From Octopus vulgaris (lineage: Eukaryota): a DNA stretch of 64,000 nt. Below, one piece after another: positions 1-11,735 of this stretch. The translations under genes were made by a program, and so were the position numbers. Under the pieces are notes generated by a model that was given only the letters and a program-made list of their open reading frames with translations, was not told the origin of the DNA and ran no database searches. Each line of letters begins with the position of its first letter. The stretch's first letter is position 1. The stretch lies in assembly GCA_951406725.2 (NCBI GenBank), contig OX597814.1, forward strand, positions 4,092,001-4,156,000, written 5' to 3'.

Positions 1-454
1 TTTCCATTGGCTGTTACAATAAAATATATCAGTTATATATAAGGTTCCCTTCCAGGGGCCCTATCATCGATCTTTTCAACAATCTGAGTATGTTTAAGAG
101 TTGTGCTGGGTAAATTGCGAAAATAACTCTAACAGTTTAAATACTAAGAAATAATCATACTCAGCTTGATTTAAACCAATTAAAATCACTGACCTTGTCT
201 GACAATTTCTTGTAAGAAAGTTCACGTAATGTAAAATGCTTGTTTGATAAATTATTATACATTTTTTCATTTATTATATGAAAATGAATGGGTTATTTCA
301 CTTTTAGGGCAATGGTTATATATGTGGATCCCTTCTAGGGGCCCTAGCCATCCAGTTATAGATTTTTATTATAGTTCAATGAGCCTAGTAACAAACTCGA
401 TGCTACTTTAGCATGTTTGCAAAGTTTCACGAAAATTGGTTAATGAGTGTAGAC

Positions 455-650
455 GGCAGCTTGACACAAACACACAGACAACTTGCTTTTATATACGTAT
501 AAGATATATACGACCGGCTTCTTTCGGTCTCCGTCAACCAGATTCACTCACAAGGCTTTGGCCGGCGCGAGGCTATAGTAGAAGACACTTGCTTAAGGTG
601 CCACGCCGTGGAACTGAACCCGAATCTATATACTTGCGAAGCAAACTTCA
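455..650 (-). mobile_element. tRNA-derived SINE family A, partial copy
   Basis: Reverse complement of the family A head and core (ggctatagtagaagacacttgc...gccacgc...actgaaccc), seen full-length at 9340-9750 and 48180-48600. Confidence 0.75.
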
Positions 651-744
651 TAAAATGCTCTAATCCTACAGCATTGGAGCATTTAGCTCTTAATTCTGGC
701 AATGTAGGTTTCTTGAAACCCTCAGTTTATATATAGTACAAATT

Positions 745-915
745 TATAGGAAAACAAAAGACGAAGACAGGTGTAGAAACAACATTTAGTTTGGCGCTCG
801 AGAAGAATGGAAAAGTCTTTTACGTTTCGAGCCGAAGCACTTCGACAGAAAGAAATAAGAGGAAATAAACAGAGAGAGAATGAAATAAACCCGGAGAGAG
901 AAAAAATGTAGAGCT
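745..915 (-). mobile_element. HHR-bearing short repeat family H1 (PLE pLTR-like)
   Basis: Shares aaaacaaaagacgaagacaggtg...tacgtttcgagc...cagaaag with 7430, 13165, 23770, 31990, 35128 and 47950. The HHR-like motif at 817-852 reads cttt CTGTCGA A GTGC TTCG GCTC GAAAC GTA aaag. Confidence 0.75.
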
Positions 916-1329
916 CAACTGTCCAATATGGATAACAAAAACAATGTCAAATTTTAAACTTGAGAAAAGTCTCGCATATTTTTACTGTTCCATATTTAAG
1001 GATGGCATTTGCAATGTGCGGGCTAGTTGGTTGTTCTCTGTTTCTAGAAACCCTGGCTTATCTAGCTCATCACTTAGGTTTTTACTCACAAAACCAAACG
1101 CTTCAATTATTATTCGTATAAATGTGAATTTACAGTCTGGATATAGGAGCTGGCGGTTTCCAAGCAGTTATCTGTAGTTATCCTATTTCGCTTTGATTAT
1201 TCAAAGAGATATGCACATCAGCAGGGCAACTGATCTCTGTAATGTTGCGTAGATTTCTTTTTGTGCGTCCCACACAACGATATTTGGTTTATTGTATTCG
1301 TACCTGCCAGATATTTTCATGAGAATGTT

Positions 1330-1752
1330 CCACCAATATTCTTTGTAGTAAAGATTGTTTGCCAACATAACACGACAGTCCTGGTTTAGGACGAATGTTG
1401 CTGTAATTTAGCCCCAGGAGACATCGTCTCCAGCTGGCTATACAACACGATCTGTGTCCTTATATTTTCGAATAAGGAAATCTAGCACCCTCACTCAACT
1501 CAAAACAATATCTGTGTATCGCAATTTCCGGGTTATTTCCCTTCATCAGCACAGAATAATTGTTCGGCTAGAGGTGGCGCTGCCAAATTCCTGTTCGAAA
1601 TATATGGTTTTCAAAGTGACAACTAGTTACTGATCTATAAATTAGAAAATTATGTCTCCTGGTGCTAAATTACAGCAACATTCATCCTAAACCAGGACTG
1701 CCATGTTATGTTGGCAAACAATCTTTACTCCAAAGTAATGTTGCTGAATATC
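1330..1752. mobile_element. PLE-like non-autonomous element with ~95-bp inverted arms and an internal hammerhead
   Basis: 1335-1425 is the imperfect reverse complement of 1652-1742. It is related to 6152-6648 and 62120-62378 (ttagccccagg...) and lies inside the Dong-like fossil. Confidence 0.75.
1511..1555 (-). ncRNA. Hammerhead ribozyme motif (type I), intact core
   Basis: tctgtg CTGATGA AGGG aaataa CCCG GAAAT tgcg ATA cacaga: 6-bp stem I, short stem II and an AUA cleavage triplet. Confidence 0.75.
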
Positions 1753-2164
1753 TCTCGTTGTGAGATTTACAAATAGTAATTTTCAAATATTCTTTGTGTT
1801 GCTGTTTTATATGTATTCAGTTGGAGAGGATTCTTTATATTTATTCCAGGACAGTCTCCCCCGCCCCGTCTCGAATGGCATTGTATATTGTTTTCGTGAT
1901 AACATCGTGCCTCAGTAGGGAAGTAGTACCTTGGTGACATTTTTGGGCAGCTGCTAATCACATGTGTGATGTCCCCCAAAGAAGTAAGACATGATTTACA
2001 GTTTCGATTCTATCTTAGGGTTCCAATGGCTTCACTGTCTTTATTTTTTCGTAAAAATCTCCTGTTCTTGGATTACAAATGCATAACCTTCGGAGGACGA
2101 TGTGATGCAGCGGTCACGACTCCAAGGGAGGCTGTGCTTCATGTCTATATTGCTGATTTTCTTC

Positions 2165-2330
2165 GTTATCGCATCGAACAAAATGCTTAGCGGCATTTCG
2201 CCCGTCTTTGTGCCCTGTGTTCAAATTCCGCCGAGGTCAACTTTGCATTTCATCGTTTCAGGATCGATATAATCGACGAACCTCCTACCCCAAAATTCCA
2301 GGCTTTGTACCCGTAGTAGAAAGAGATATC
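2165..2330 (+). mobile_element. SINE family B (Nin/Deu-like core), partial
   Basis: gttcaaattccgccgaggtcaactttgcatttcatc...gatcgata matches the full copy at 3970-4182. Confidence 0.7.
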
Positions 2331-2858
2331 ACTGTCTTCTTCAAGCCTTCGGGAAACATACCCAGGCATAGAGATTTTCTGATATGCTGAGTGATTCACA
2401 TCTTGGTGTCTTTTGAGGTATGTTAGCCTGGCAGTGTTGGGGTTGTATGAGAGGTCATCAGGAAGAGAACGCTTCCCGAGGAGCTCAGTCGACACACAGG
2501 GTGATTGTTGTCTTCGCTTTACAACACTTAGTGAACGTATTTGTTTGTTTTTTTCTGCTGTTGGTAAGCAAGTGCTGTCCGAGAGAGACTACACCACATT
2601 CGAACGCTGTCTGTACGGATCCCAAGCCTCTTCCTCATTATCTCTTCTTAGACAGAACCAATCGATATCAATGTTTCTGTGGAAGCTTCTTGTTGATGTC
2701 AGTATCTCGCGAGTTCTAACGTCACTTGGGATCGATTTCCTCTTCACACCAGTCAAGTATCCCAAATGTCGGAATGAGGACTGGCACTGAAAAATGCATT
2801 GTGGGATATAGTCTTGTGAGAGGAGAGTTCCGATTGTTATATTTTTAAGCATCATATA

Positions 2859-3116
2859 CTGGGTTGGTGCATAATTATTGCGGCTTTTTTTTTTCAACAA
2901 ATTTTATTCAACAAAAACAATAGCAACATTTAACAAAAAACATCTTTAAATGACGGTCTGACCGTCTGCCAAGCAAACGGGAAGCAGTGATTGAGGTAGA
3001 TGGTGAATATGCTCCGGAATAATCATTTAAAGATGTTTTTGTTACATGTTGTTATTGTTTTTGTTGAATAAAATTTATTGAAAAAAAAAAGCCACAATAA
3101 TTATGAATCAACGCAA
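2859..3116. mobile_element. mariner-derived MITE
   Basis: Flanked by TA. Termini CTGGGTTGGTGCATAATTATTGCGGC and GCCACAATAATTATGAATCAACGCAA, ~95-bp inverted arms. The centre encodes a mariner-like C-terminus (LDRLPSKREAVIEVDGEYAPE*). Confidence 0.8.
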
Positions 3117-3391
3117 TAATAATCTCGAATCACTCTATCTTTTTTATTCACTGTGCGTTCGTGTGATATATTTTCATCAATGCCAAGATACTTGAAGCAT
3201 TCCTTGTATGGAACAGGACAGTGAGACCATTGCTGCACAGGTTTGGGGTCAGGGGAACTGATTTTCCACGTTCAGCAATAAAATACTCGCATTTCTTTTC
3301 ACAAAAATCCCATTCTTATCTCAGCCGAAAACGTTGTCATTGATTCCAACTGTTTTTTATTATTATTATCATTTTTTTTTCGCATTCATTT

Positions 3392-3786
3392 GTTCTTTTA
3401 CTTGTTGAGGTCATTCGACTGCAGCCATGCTGGAGCACAGCCTTTTTGTCTAACAAATCGGCCCCAGGATTATTATTCGTGAGCCTAGTACTTATTCTAT
3501 CGGTCTCTTTTGTCGAACAAATGGTTTACGGGGACGTAAACACACCAACATCGGTTGTCAAGCGATGGAGATGGGAGACAAACACAGACACAAACACAAA
3601 TATATACATACACACATACGTACCTACATATATATATACGACGAGCTTCTTTCAATTTCCGTCTACCAAATCCAATCGCAAGTCTTTGGTTGGTCCGAGG
3701 CTATAGTAGACGCACAAAGTGCCACGCAGTGGGACTGAACTCGGAACTATGTGGTTGGTAAGCAAGCTTCTTACCACACAGCCGCA
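3392..3786 (-). mobile_element. SINE family A, near full length
   Basis: Head with A/B-box-like motifs, internal (CA/TA) microsatellite and 3' tail gctccagcatggctgcag on the minus strand. Confidence 0.85.
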
Positions 3787-3969
3787 TTTTTAGCATAAAT
3801 CTTGAGGATTTATAGGTCGCGTTAATATCTCTAGACGTTATGAGACCCTAGCACGTCGCCATTTTGATTTTTGTAATACGAATGATCATGGATTTAATGC
3901 CAGAATGAACAGATTTACAGAAAGAATATCTCCTTGGAATATTCCTTTCGAAATATTTATAACATTGGA

Positions 3970-4182
3970 AGGCGGCGAGCTGGCAGAACCGTTAGCACGC
4001 CGGGCGAAATGCTAAGCGGTATTTCGTCTATCGCTACGTTCTGAGTTCAAATTCCGCCGAGGTCGACTTTGCCTTTCATCCTTTCGGGGTCGATAAATTG
4101 AGTAACAACTGCGCACTGGGGTCGATCTAATCTACTGGCCACCTCCCCAAAAATTTCGGGCCTTGTGCCTAGGGTAGAAAAG
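3970..4182 (+). mobile_element. SINE family B (Nin/Deu-like core), full length
   Basis: ggcggcgagctggcagaa...gagttcaaattcc (B-box-like) followed by gcctttcatcctttcggggtcgataaa. Confidence 0.85.
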
Positions 4183-4818
4183 AAAAGAATATTCATAACA
4201 TTGGAGACGGTCGTCCCACTCCCTGTTGTAAGCGTGAGGTTAGTTTCCCAGTTCTATGTGAGCCCCTCAATGGCAGCAATTAAGATAGCAGCTACCCTTG
4301 CCAAGTGTAGACACTTCAGCAGCCATGAGTGGGGAACAGAATCGAATGCTTTCCCATATTCAGACCATTCTGTCGCAAGGCTTCGGCAGTGTTTTCTTAC
4401 TTCAAACAGAACAGCTTTGTTAATCAAAGTTGATCGACATATCCCCACACTCCCTTCTATGCGCCGGCCTGCTCATCAGTCACTCTGTTCTTGGACACAC
4501 AACGGACCTGGAGGAATTGGTTCAGGCAGATTGCGTACAGTTTGCACATAATGTTTTGGCAAGCAATGGGCCTCAATTTATCTGCCAACTCAGTGGTTTC
4601 TTTCTTCACTACGAGATTCGTCCTTGCTATGGCAGAGATCAGTTTGACCTTCCATAGTCGTTTTCAATATACATATAAATGTCTCAAACTCATGAGAAAG
4701 AAAGGGTTGAAAATGCAGGAAATCGTTTGAATATTTGAATTATTGGTGAAAAAAAAACAAGGGTTTTTTTCACGCAAAGCATAAAAAATGTTACACAGAA
4801 ACATATATATAGATATAA

Positions 4819-5188
4819 AGGCGCAGGAGTAGCTGTGAGGTAAGTAGCTTGCTTCCCAACCAAATGGTTCCGGGTTCAGTCCCACTGCGTGGCACCTTGG
4901 GAAGATGTCTTCTACTATAGCCTGGGGTCGACCAAAGCCCGTCGTATATACATGTCCGTGTGTGTGTGTATTCTCCTATTTGTTTCAGTCATTTGACTAC
5001 GGCCATGCTGGAGCACCGCCTTCAGTCGAACAAATCGACCCAGGACTTATTCTTTGTAAGCCCAGTACTTATTCTATCGGTCTCTTTTGTCGAACTGCTA
5101 AGTTACGGGGACGTGAACATACCAACATCGGTTGTCAAGCGATGTGGGGGACAAACACAGACACACAAACATACACATACACACACAC

Positions 5189-5230
<42 letters not shown>

Positions 5231-5270
5231 GACGAGCTTCTTTCAGTTTCTGTCTACCAAATCCACTCAC
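4819..5270. mobile_element. Two SINE A pieces in opposite orientation
   Basis: Plus-strand head at 4819-4950 and minus-strand 3' half at 4975-5270. Confidence 0.75.
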
Positions 5271-6102
5271 TTAATAAAAGGAATTCCAACCGTGTCTGAT
5301 TTTCACGTTTTGTTTACAATCTTATAATGATATAATATAAGATAATATAATATAATAGAATAAAATAAAATAGTAGAATGTTAAATGTTCATTTTGATTG
5401 AACTAGTACTTTCATGCATTAAATTCTGCAATCTTCAGGTTCATGTAGTAGTGGTGACAGTCATGCTTCACAATTTTTGACTGTAACGAGATGATTGAAT
5501 CTGTGCCTTAAATACAGCTGGGTAGGCTCCAGATTGCTAGGTTTTGCAAACTGTATTCTGACCAATCAGTGTGTAGTATCACTCAATTACTTAAGCTGAT
5601 TGGTTGGTTGAGCTGATTGGTTTAGGCGTCACGCTTTGTTGGACATGTCAAGAGTCCTGTATCTAAACCCTGGGCGAGGCAGCAATTGTTGGGCTATTTT
5701 TAGAAATGTTGTAAATAGCCTTTGTCAGAGATTTTTATATTTTTATATTTCAATTGTCATCATCATCATTGTCAGCACCTTAATTATTGTTGCTAGTGGT
5801 GATGGTGGTGACAATAGAACTTTTAACCCTAAATAAGATAATTTTCCTGCTATCTAGGTATTATTATTATTGCTTATTTAGCTTGGGTTCGAATTTATCA
5901 ATAAAATTCTTTTCTCTGATTTTCCTCTCGATTTCACTTGGGCTGTGTAATTTGTAGAATTTAATGCATGAAAGTACTAGTTCAATCAAAATTAACATTT
6001 AACATTCTACTATTTTATTTTATTCTATTATATTATAATATATCATTATAAGATTGTAAATAAAACGTGAAAATCAGACAAGGTTGGAATTCCTTTTATT
6101 AA
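5271..6102. mobile_element. PLE-like element with ~155-bp inverted terminal arms
   Basis: 5271-5430 is the reverse complement of ~5952-6102. The left arm carries an intact HHR and the right arm carries only its 3' half (GAAAGTACTAgttc). Confidence 0.75.
5399..5443 (-). ncRNA. Hammerhead ribozyme motif, intact core
   Basis: tgaac CTGAAGA T TGCA gaatttaa TGCA T GAAAG ta CTA gttca: 5-bp stem I, 4-bp stem II and palindromic AGTACT stem III. Confidence 0.78.
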
Positions 6103-6151
6103 TATATTCTTCTATACACAATCACACACACCCATATATATATATATATAT

Positions 6152-6645
6152 ATAACATAAGGGACTAAAGCCATCTGAATATGGCTAGGGACAGGGCAGG
6201 GTGGTGGGGTGTTACTGTTGCATTTAGCCCCAGGCGAACATCAACGTCGCCAGATAGGCTTGACACCATCACGGCGTCCTTTATCCTGCAAAGGGAGATA
6301 ATTCTCCGATGAAGCGGAAACCACACACGGACCTAGGTTTCAAGGTGTATTGCCTATCATCAACGTGTGGTAGGCCCCCGCTTCCTCGACGAAATCTCAC
6401 TCTGCAGGATATTTATATATAGATTTTCAAGCAAAATACATTTGCTGATTTCGAAAATCTGTTCGACAGCAATAATAATTCTCTAAATGAGATATAGACA
6501 GTAACTGCTCCATAACATAAGGGACTAAAGCCATCTGAATATGGCTAGTAACACCCCCACCACCCTGCCCTGTCCCTAGCCATATTCAGATGGCTTTAGT
6601 CCCTTATGTTATGGAGCAGTTACTGTCTATATCTCATTTAGAGAA

Positions 6646-6648
<3 letters not shown>
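6152..6648. mobile_element. PLE pLTR-type element with tandem plus inverted repeats, between (TA)n tracts
   Basis: taacataagggactaaagccatctgaatatggctag occurs at 6153 and 6513 (direct) and is inverted at ~6576-6611. Confidence 0.78.
6324..6369 (-). ncRNA. Hammerhead ribozyme motif (C3 to U change)
   Basis: cacacg TTGATGA T AGG caataca CCT T GAAAC ctag GTC cgtgtg. The flanks (6282-6320 and 6375-6411) extend stem I. Confidence 0.7.
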
Positions 6649-6722
<74 letters not shown>

Positions 6723-6733
<11 letters not shown>

Positions 6734-7213
6734 TAGTAAAAAGGTAATAAAATAAATTATTATTACCGGTGATCTTGCACAAAAGACATGTTAGCGATTA
6801 GGCTATATGTTATTCATTACATTAAAAGGCTTCTAAAGGATGAAGCAAGTACTAGATCACAAAAAGTGGATAAATTCAATGAAATAAAATCAAAAACGTT
6901 TACAAACTCGGCTCATCTTATACTGCAGTTTCGTCTTTTTTTTAGCAGTAAATATAATTTATCTGCCAAGGCTAGACTCTTCAGTAAGCAGCCTTTGTTA
7001 TCCTAGAAGTACATTTCGTTAGAAACATGTGCGGTTCTAGCGACTTGCATTCTCTAACTTTTAAGACCATTGTGCAGACGCAACACATACCCGACAAACA
7101 GAGGGGTTTCTGGTATAGGGTCTACGATCAAAATTTATCGAGAAATATGTAAACATAGTAAAAAGGTAATAAAATTAAATTATTATTACCGGTGATCTAG
7201 CACAAAAGACATC
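6723..7213 (-). mobile_element. ~420-bp HHR-bearing unit bounded by ~65-bp direct repeats
   Basis: atatgtaaacatagtaaaaaggtaataaaa...gcacaaaagacat at 6723-6789 and ~7145-7212; abuts (TA)n. Confidence 0.7.
6917..6988 (-). ncRNA. Hammerhead ribozyme motif, intact core
   Basis: ctta CTGAAGA GTCT ... AGAC GAAAC tgca GTA taag, with palindromic ACTGCAGT stem III. Confidence 0.8.
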
Positions 7214-7429
7214 TACCAAAATAAATATATGTTTATTTTGGTAGTTTTGACTTTAAGAGTCCCTCCAAGCGTGCGGGATTTATGTGTAATAATGCCCTAT
7301 ATATATATAATACATATATATATTCAAGTGAAAAAATTTACAGATTTTTTTCTCTTATGAGGTTTTTCACGCTAACTACTTGATAATTTCTTATGAAGAT
7401 TTTATCCTATTTTTAAATTATATATATAT

Positions 7430-7606
7430 ATAAACAAAAGACGAAGACAGGTGTATGAACAACAAGCAAGTGTATTAGTTTGACGCTCGGTAAAAATGAA
7501 AAAGGCTTTTATGTTTCGAGCCTACGCTCTTCATCAGAAAGGAATAAGAGAAAAAAAACAGAGAGAGAATGAAAAAAACGCGTAGATTTCAGCGACCCAG
7601 CATGGC
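7430..7606 (-). mobile_element. Family H1 copy with HHR at 7506-7541
   Basis: cttt CTGATGA A GAGC GTAG GCTC GAAAC ATA aaag; abuts (TA)n. Confidence 0.78.
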
Positions 7607-7757
7607 CAATGATTGGAAAGAAAGAGGTTGAAAAAAAAGGTAATTTCAAAAAGAGGTTGAATGAAAGGGAGATAATAAAGTGCTAAGGATCCCAACAAGA
7701 GAAGGTGTGTATGTGAGTGTGTAAGTCTATGTGTATGAACACAAAAACACCCATATA

Positions 7758-8874
7758 AAGGGTTCGGTGAATAAAGTGTCGTCTAAATTACGCAAAAATG
7801 AAAATAACAATGACATCTCATTTTAACAAATATATTCGTTTCTACACTAGGCACAAGGCCTGAAATTTTGTGGGAGGGAGCCAGTCGATTAGATCGACCC
7901 CAGTACGCAACTGATACTTAGTTTATCAACCTCGAAAGGATGAAAGGCAAAGTCGACCTCGGCGGAATTTGAACTCAGGACGTAGACAGACGAAATACCG
8001 CTGAGCATTTCGCCCGACGTGCAAACGTTTCTGCTGGGCTCGCCGTCCTTTTTAACAGATATATTTACCAAAATCACATAAAACTATCTTGAAATAATAA
8101 AGAGTAAATTTATTCAATAAAATCGCCATTGGCTTCAACCATGGCCTCCAGACGACTTCGGAATCTCCTGCAACTCTTTTGGATGGTCTCGTTGTTTAAG
8201 TTGGTGAATGCTACCATAATCCTTGCCTTCAGTTCATCTTTGGTGTTACAAGGAGTTTTGTGGGTCACTCGCTCAACTGTGCCCCCCACATAATAATCAA
8301 GGGGGTTGCAGTCTGGGGAGTTAGGTGACCAGATGTTAGAGGTGATACGGTCGCAGAAATTGTCTGACAGCCATGACTGGGTTCTCCTGCTTGCGTGCAT
8401 GGTGCAGAGCCCTGTTGCTAGATATAGGGTCTTCCAGCAGCTGCCCTTTTGACCCAGGGCAGCACTGCCTCCGCCAGGCACTTGATGTAGGCCTCCGTGT
8501 TGAGCGTGAGGCCATGTGGGAAGATGAATGGAGGCATAATGTCGCCATCACAAGTGATCACTCCAAACACCATGATGTTGACTGGATGTTTGATCTTTAT
8601 CCCTCTCAGTGCATCTCCTCAGATTGCACTACCTTCAGATTGACACCCAAACACTCTGAAATGTTCGTATTGGAGCTTCCGGTGCGAACGCCAAACAGTA
8701 CAGCATGTCGTTTCCAAATTTCTGGCAGATTGAATTTCCTCATGGTGATGTTTTTCTCACAGACGGTGCCCAACTAACCCTACCATACTGCGTAGTCGAC
8801 AAAATCAAGAATAAAGAATGCGCAAGCGCGAAATTAAAAATTTAAAATGGCGACAATTTACTCATTACACCCTG
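7758..8874 (-). mobile_element. DD37D (maT)-type Tc1/mariner transposon, defective
   Basis: QQ(G)SAPC-HASRRTQSWL...WSPNSPDCNPLDYYV gives 37 residues between the 2nd and 3rd catalytic positions across a frameshift. TA-flanked imperfect TIRs (CAGGGTGTAATGAGTAAATTGTCG vs AAGGGTTCGGTGAATAAAGTGTCG). Confidence 0.85.
7838..8047 (-). mobile_element. SINE family B inserted in the DD37D element
   Basis: Reverse complement of 3970-4182, flanked by an apparent TSD ttttaaca(a/g)atatatt. Confidence 0.85.
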
Positions 8875-9339
8875 TACACACACACACATACACACACACT
8901 CATATATATATATGTATATACACACATACACAGATGTGTGTGTGTATTCGCGTGAATATATGCATACATACAAACTGCCAGATAGGACTGAACCCAGAAC
9001 CATGTGGTTGGGAAGCATACTCTTACCACACAGCCACGCCTTTGTTTCAGTTCTTTACGTTCTAAGTTCAAATTCTGCCACGGTCCAGTTGGACGTTCCT
9101 CCTTCTGACGTCGATAAACTAAAGTACCAGTCATATTCTGGGCCCCTTTTTAATAAATTGTACCCTTCCTCTTTCTACCCATATCGCAAATGATTGCTTT
9201 GTTTATTTTTATGGGGTTTTTTTAACATTTATACTTTTTATTACTCGCCGTTCTTACTTGACGGAACCTCCCCATGTCCTCTCGACCTGTCAGAAATAAC
9301 AGTTAAATCTCCCTCAAATAAGAAAAATAGGAAACATAT

Positions 9340-9750
9340 AGGCGCAGAAGTGACTGTGTGGTAAATAGCTTGCTAACCAACCACATGGTTCCGGGTTCAG
9401 ACCCACTGCGTGGCATCTTGGGCAAGTGTCTTCTGCTATAGCCCTGGGCCGACCAATGCCTTGTGAGTGGATTTGGTAGACGGAAACTGAAAGAAGCCCG
9501 TCGTATATATGTATATATATGTATGTGTATGTGTGTGTGTGTTTGTGTGTCTGTGTTTGTCCCCCTAGCATTGCTTGACAACCGATGCTGGTGTGTTTAC
9601 GTCCCCGTCACTTAGCGGTTCGGCAAAAGAAACCGATAGAATAAGTACTGGGCTTACAAAGAATAAGTCCCGGGGTCGATTTGCTCGACTAAAGGCGGTG
9701 CTCCAGCATGGCCGCAGTCAAATGACTGAAACAAGTAAAACAGTAAAAGA
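9340..9750 (+). mobile_element. SINE family A, full length
   Basis: tRNA-like head (tgactgtgtgg / ggttcagaccc), cttgggcaagtgtctt core, internal microsatellite, 3' tail ggcggtgctccagcatggccgcagtcaaatgactgaaacaag. Confidence 0.9.
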
Positions 9751-10118
9751 GAGTATATTCGATAATGCAGTGTGTGATAAATTATGTTTACAAAGACAAG
9801 AGGGTCATGAATGGAACGCCTTGGTCTAAACAACAACTACAACGGATGCAGAAAATGGCAATTTAATTGGTGTTTAAATTCACATCAATAAAACGTTTTG
9901 CGGATGTGGTGTCGGTGGCGGCGGTGGTGGCCGTGGTGGTGGTCATGGTGGCGAAGATGTTGGTAATGGTTGCGTGGTTGTGGTGAGTGTGGTTATGTTA
10001 GATGTAGTAATGGTGGTAGTGTTGACAGTGGTGGAGGGAAAGGTGGAAGATGTTGTGGTTATGATGGAGGCGGTGCAGACGGCGGGGAGAGCGGTGGTTG
10101 TGTCGAGGCTTTCCAACA

Positions 10119-10153
<35 letters not shown>

Positions 10154-10410
10154 GGAAATACCTTACCCCGCCTTCGTTGGCGCCGCCCTGTAACCCGCAT
10201 CCTCTTTGAAAGCCAGGTTAAACGACAACGACGACAACCTGCCAACATTGATCCCTCGAGAATAAGGGTCCTTAAATAGGGGGCAAATGATAAACAAACA
10301 GCCACTGATCGGGGGGGATTTGATACCCGGAACAACGCACCAAACCGGATTAGCTTACACAATCGTATTAGCTGCTCCTTTACCAACTTCATGCCTATGA
10401 CACGCGCATG

Positions 10411-10439
10411 TACACACAGACACAGACACACACACACAT

Positions 10440-10473
<34 letters not shown>

Positions 10474-10568
10474 GCATATATGTGTGTGTGTGTATACATA
10501 TATATATGCATATATATATATATACATATATACACATATGTACTTTATATATATATACATATACATAC

Positions 10569-10601
<33 letters not shown>

Positions 10602-10628
10602 GATATATATACATACACATACATATAT

Positions 10629-10662
<34 letters not shown>

Positions 10663-10923
10663 ATACACATATATGTTTATGTATGTGTATGTATATATAT
10701 ACATATATACACATATATATATTATATATATATACACACACACATTTATATATATACATACATATATATACATATATATATACACATACACAACTACAAC
10801 AATAGTGCGTGTGCGCACACATCCTCTATCTCTCACTCTTTATCTATCTATATGTATGTGTGTATATGGTTAAATAGTTCTCCATAATTATATACAGACA
10901 TATTTGTATATGTGTGTGTGTGT

Positions 10924-10988
<65 letters not shown>
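10411..10988. repeat. (CA)n/(TA)n/(TG)n compound microsatellite
   Basis: Seen directly in the sequence. Confidence 0.9.
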
Positions 10989-10989
<1 letters not shown>

Positions 10990-11351
10990 TATAGGATATA
11001 GATTCGTAGAATCATGTTGCTATCACAGGAAGCTCTTCTACCGGACTCGGCTACCATACGCCATCGTAATCCTACGCAGGGGAATATAATGCAGAGTGTC
11101 GATGCGGCTGAAATCCAGATGTTCCAATCGATGAAATTATTTCATGAGGAGTCTACAAGCCATAAAATGTCAAAAGGTATGGGAGATGAATATATTTATT
11201 CAACCACGTGACATCTTTAGGATTACAGCCGTTTCGCAGCCGCCTTCGTGTAGTAAGAATTCCAGTGTGCACAATACAAAACAATTGTATTTTCACAAAT
11301 TAGTGCAAGTAGTTACAGCAACGATCCAGCTTCGAGTTGAATCGTTCTGAT

Positions 11352-11507
11352 GATCGGATGAGCTGGCTTTCTTTATTTCTATTGATTAATGGCTATGCAA
11401 CTGTATTGTTTAATGCTGAACACTTATATTAATGCAAACATTTAAACATAATTTGTTTCACACTGAAATTAAAACTACACAAAGAAGGCTGCGAAACGGC
11501 CGTAACC
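11352..11507 (+). ncRNA. Degenerate hammerhead motif with a long stem II loop
   Basis: gat CGGATGA GCTGGCTTTCTTT ...~105 nt... AAAGAAGGCTGC GAAAC ggcc GTA acc. An inverted copy of the 3' half at 11200-11250 reads GAAACGGCTGTAatc and restores stem I. Confidence 0.55.
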
Positions 11508-11554
11508 TTAAGGATACCAAGTAGTTGCAATGAACGTCTATACGAGAGGCTTGC

Positions 11555-11680
11555 TCAACTGGTACTTATTTTATCAACCCCCGAAAGGACGGAAGGCAAA
11601 GTCGACCTCGGTGGAATTTGAAGTCGGAACGTGAAGACGGAGAAAATGCTGCTACCGATTCGACCGGAATAATTATTAGC
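11555..11680 (-). mobile_element. SINE family B, partial
   Basis: ggaaggcaaagtcgacctcggtggaatttgaa. Confidence 0.75.
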
Positions 11681-11684
11681 AAGC

Positions 11685-11735
<51 letters not shown>

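Larger units (their letters stand above)
947..4660 (-). mobile_element. Decayed R4/Dong-like RLE-type non-LTR retrotransposon, interrupted by nested insertions
   Basis: Minus-strand fragments occur in the expected order: EQAG..KGVWG..DQL.INKAV and KAFDSVPHSWLLKCL (4250-4480), KGIFQGDILSVNLFILALNP (3880-3960), FSAEIRMGF..KC..RGK..KYLGIDE (3150-3340), PVLIPTFGILDW..DVRTR..FHRN.DID (2620-2800), zinc knuckle DITHVISSC..RHD (1880-2000) and endonuclease NKP.IVVWD..EISCPAD..LYPD.KF (950-1300). Many stops and frameshifts. Confidence 0.85.

Noticed and set aside
44-352. Two similar ~25-bp motifs (cccttc.aggggcccta)
   Set aside because: Only two imperfect copies about 280 bp apart in eukaryotic DNA; not a CRISPR array and otherwise uninterpretable.
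9340-9410. tRNA-like A/B boxes (also 41143, 48180, 49296)
   Set aside because: These are SINE heads that run directly into the SINE body, not tRNA genes.
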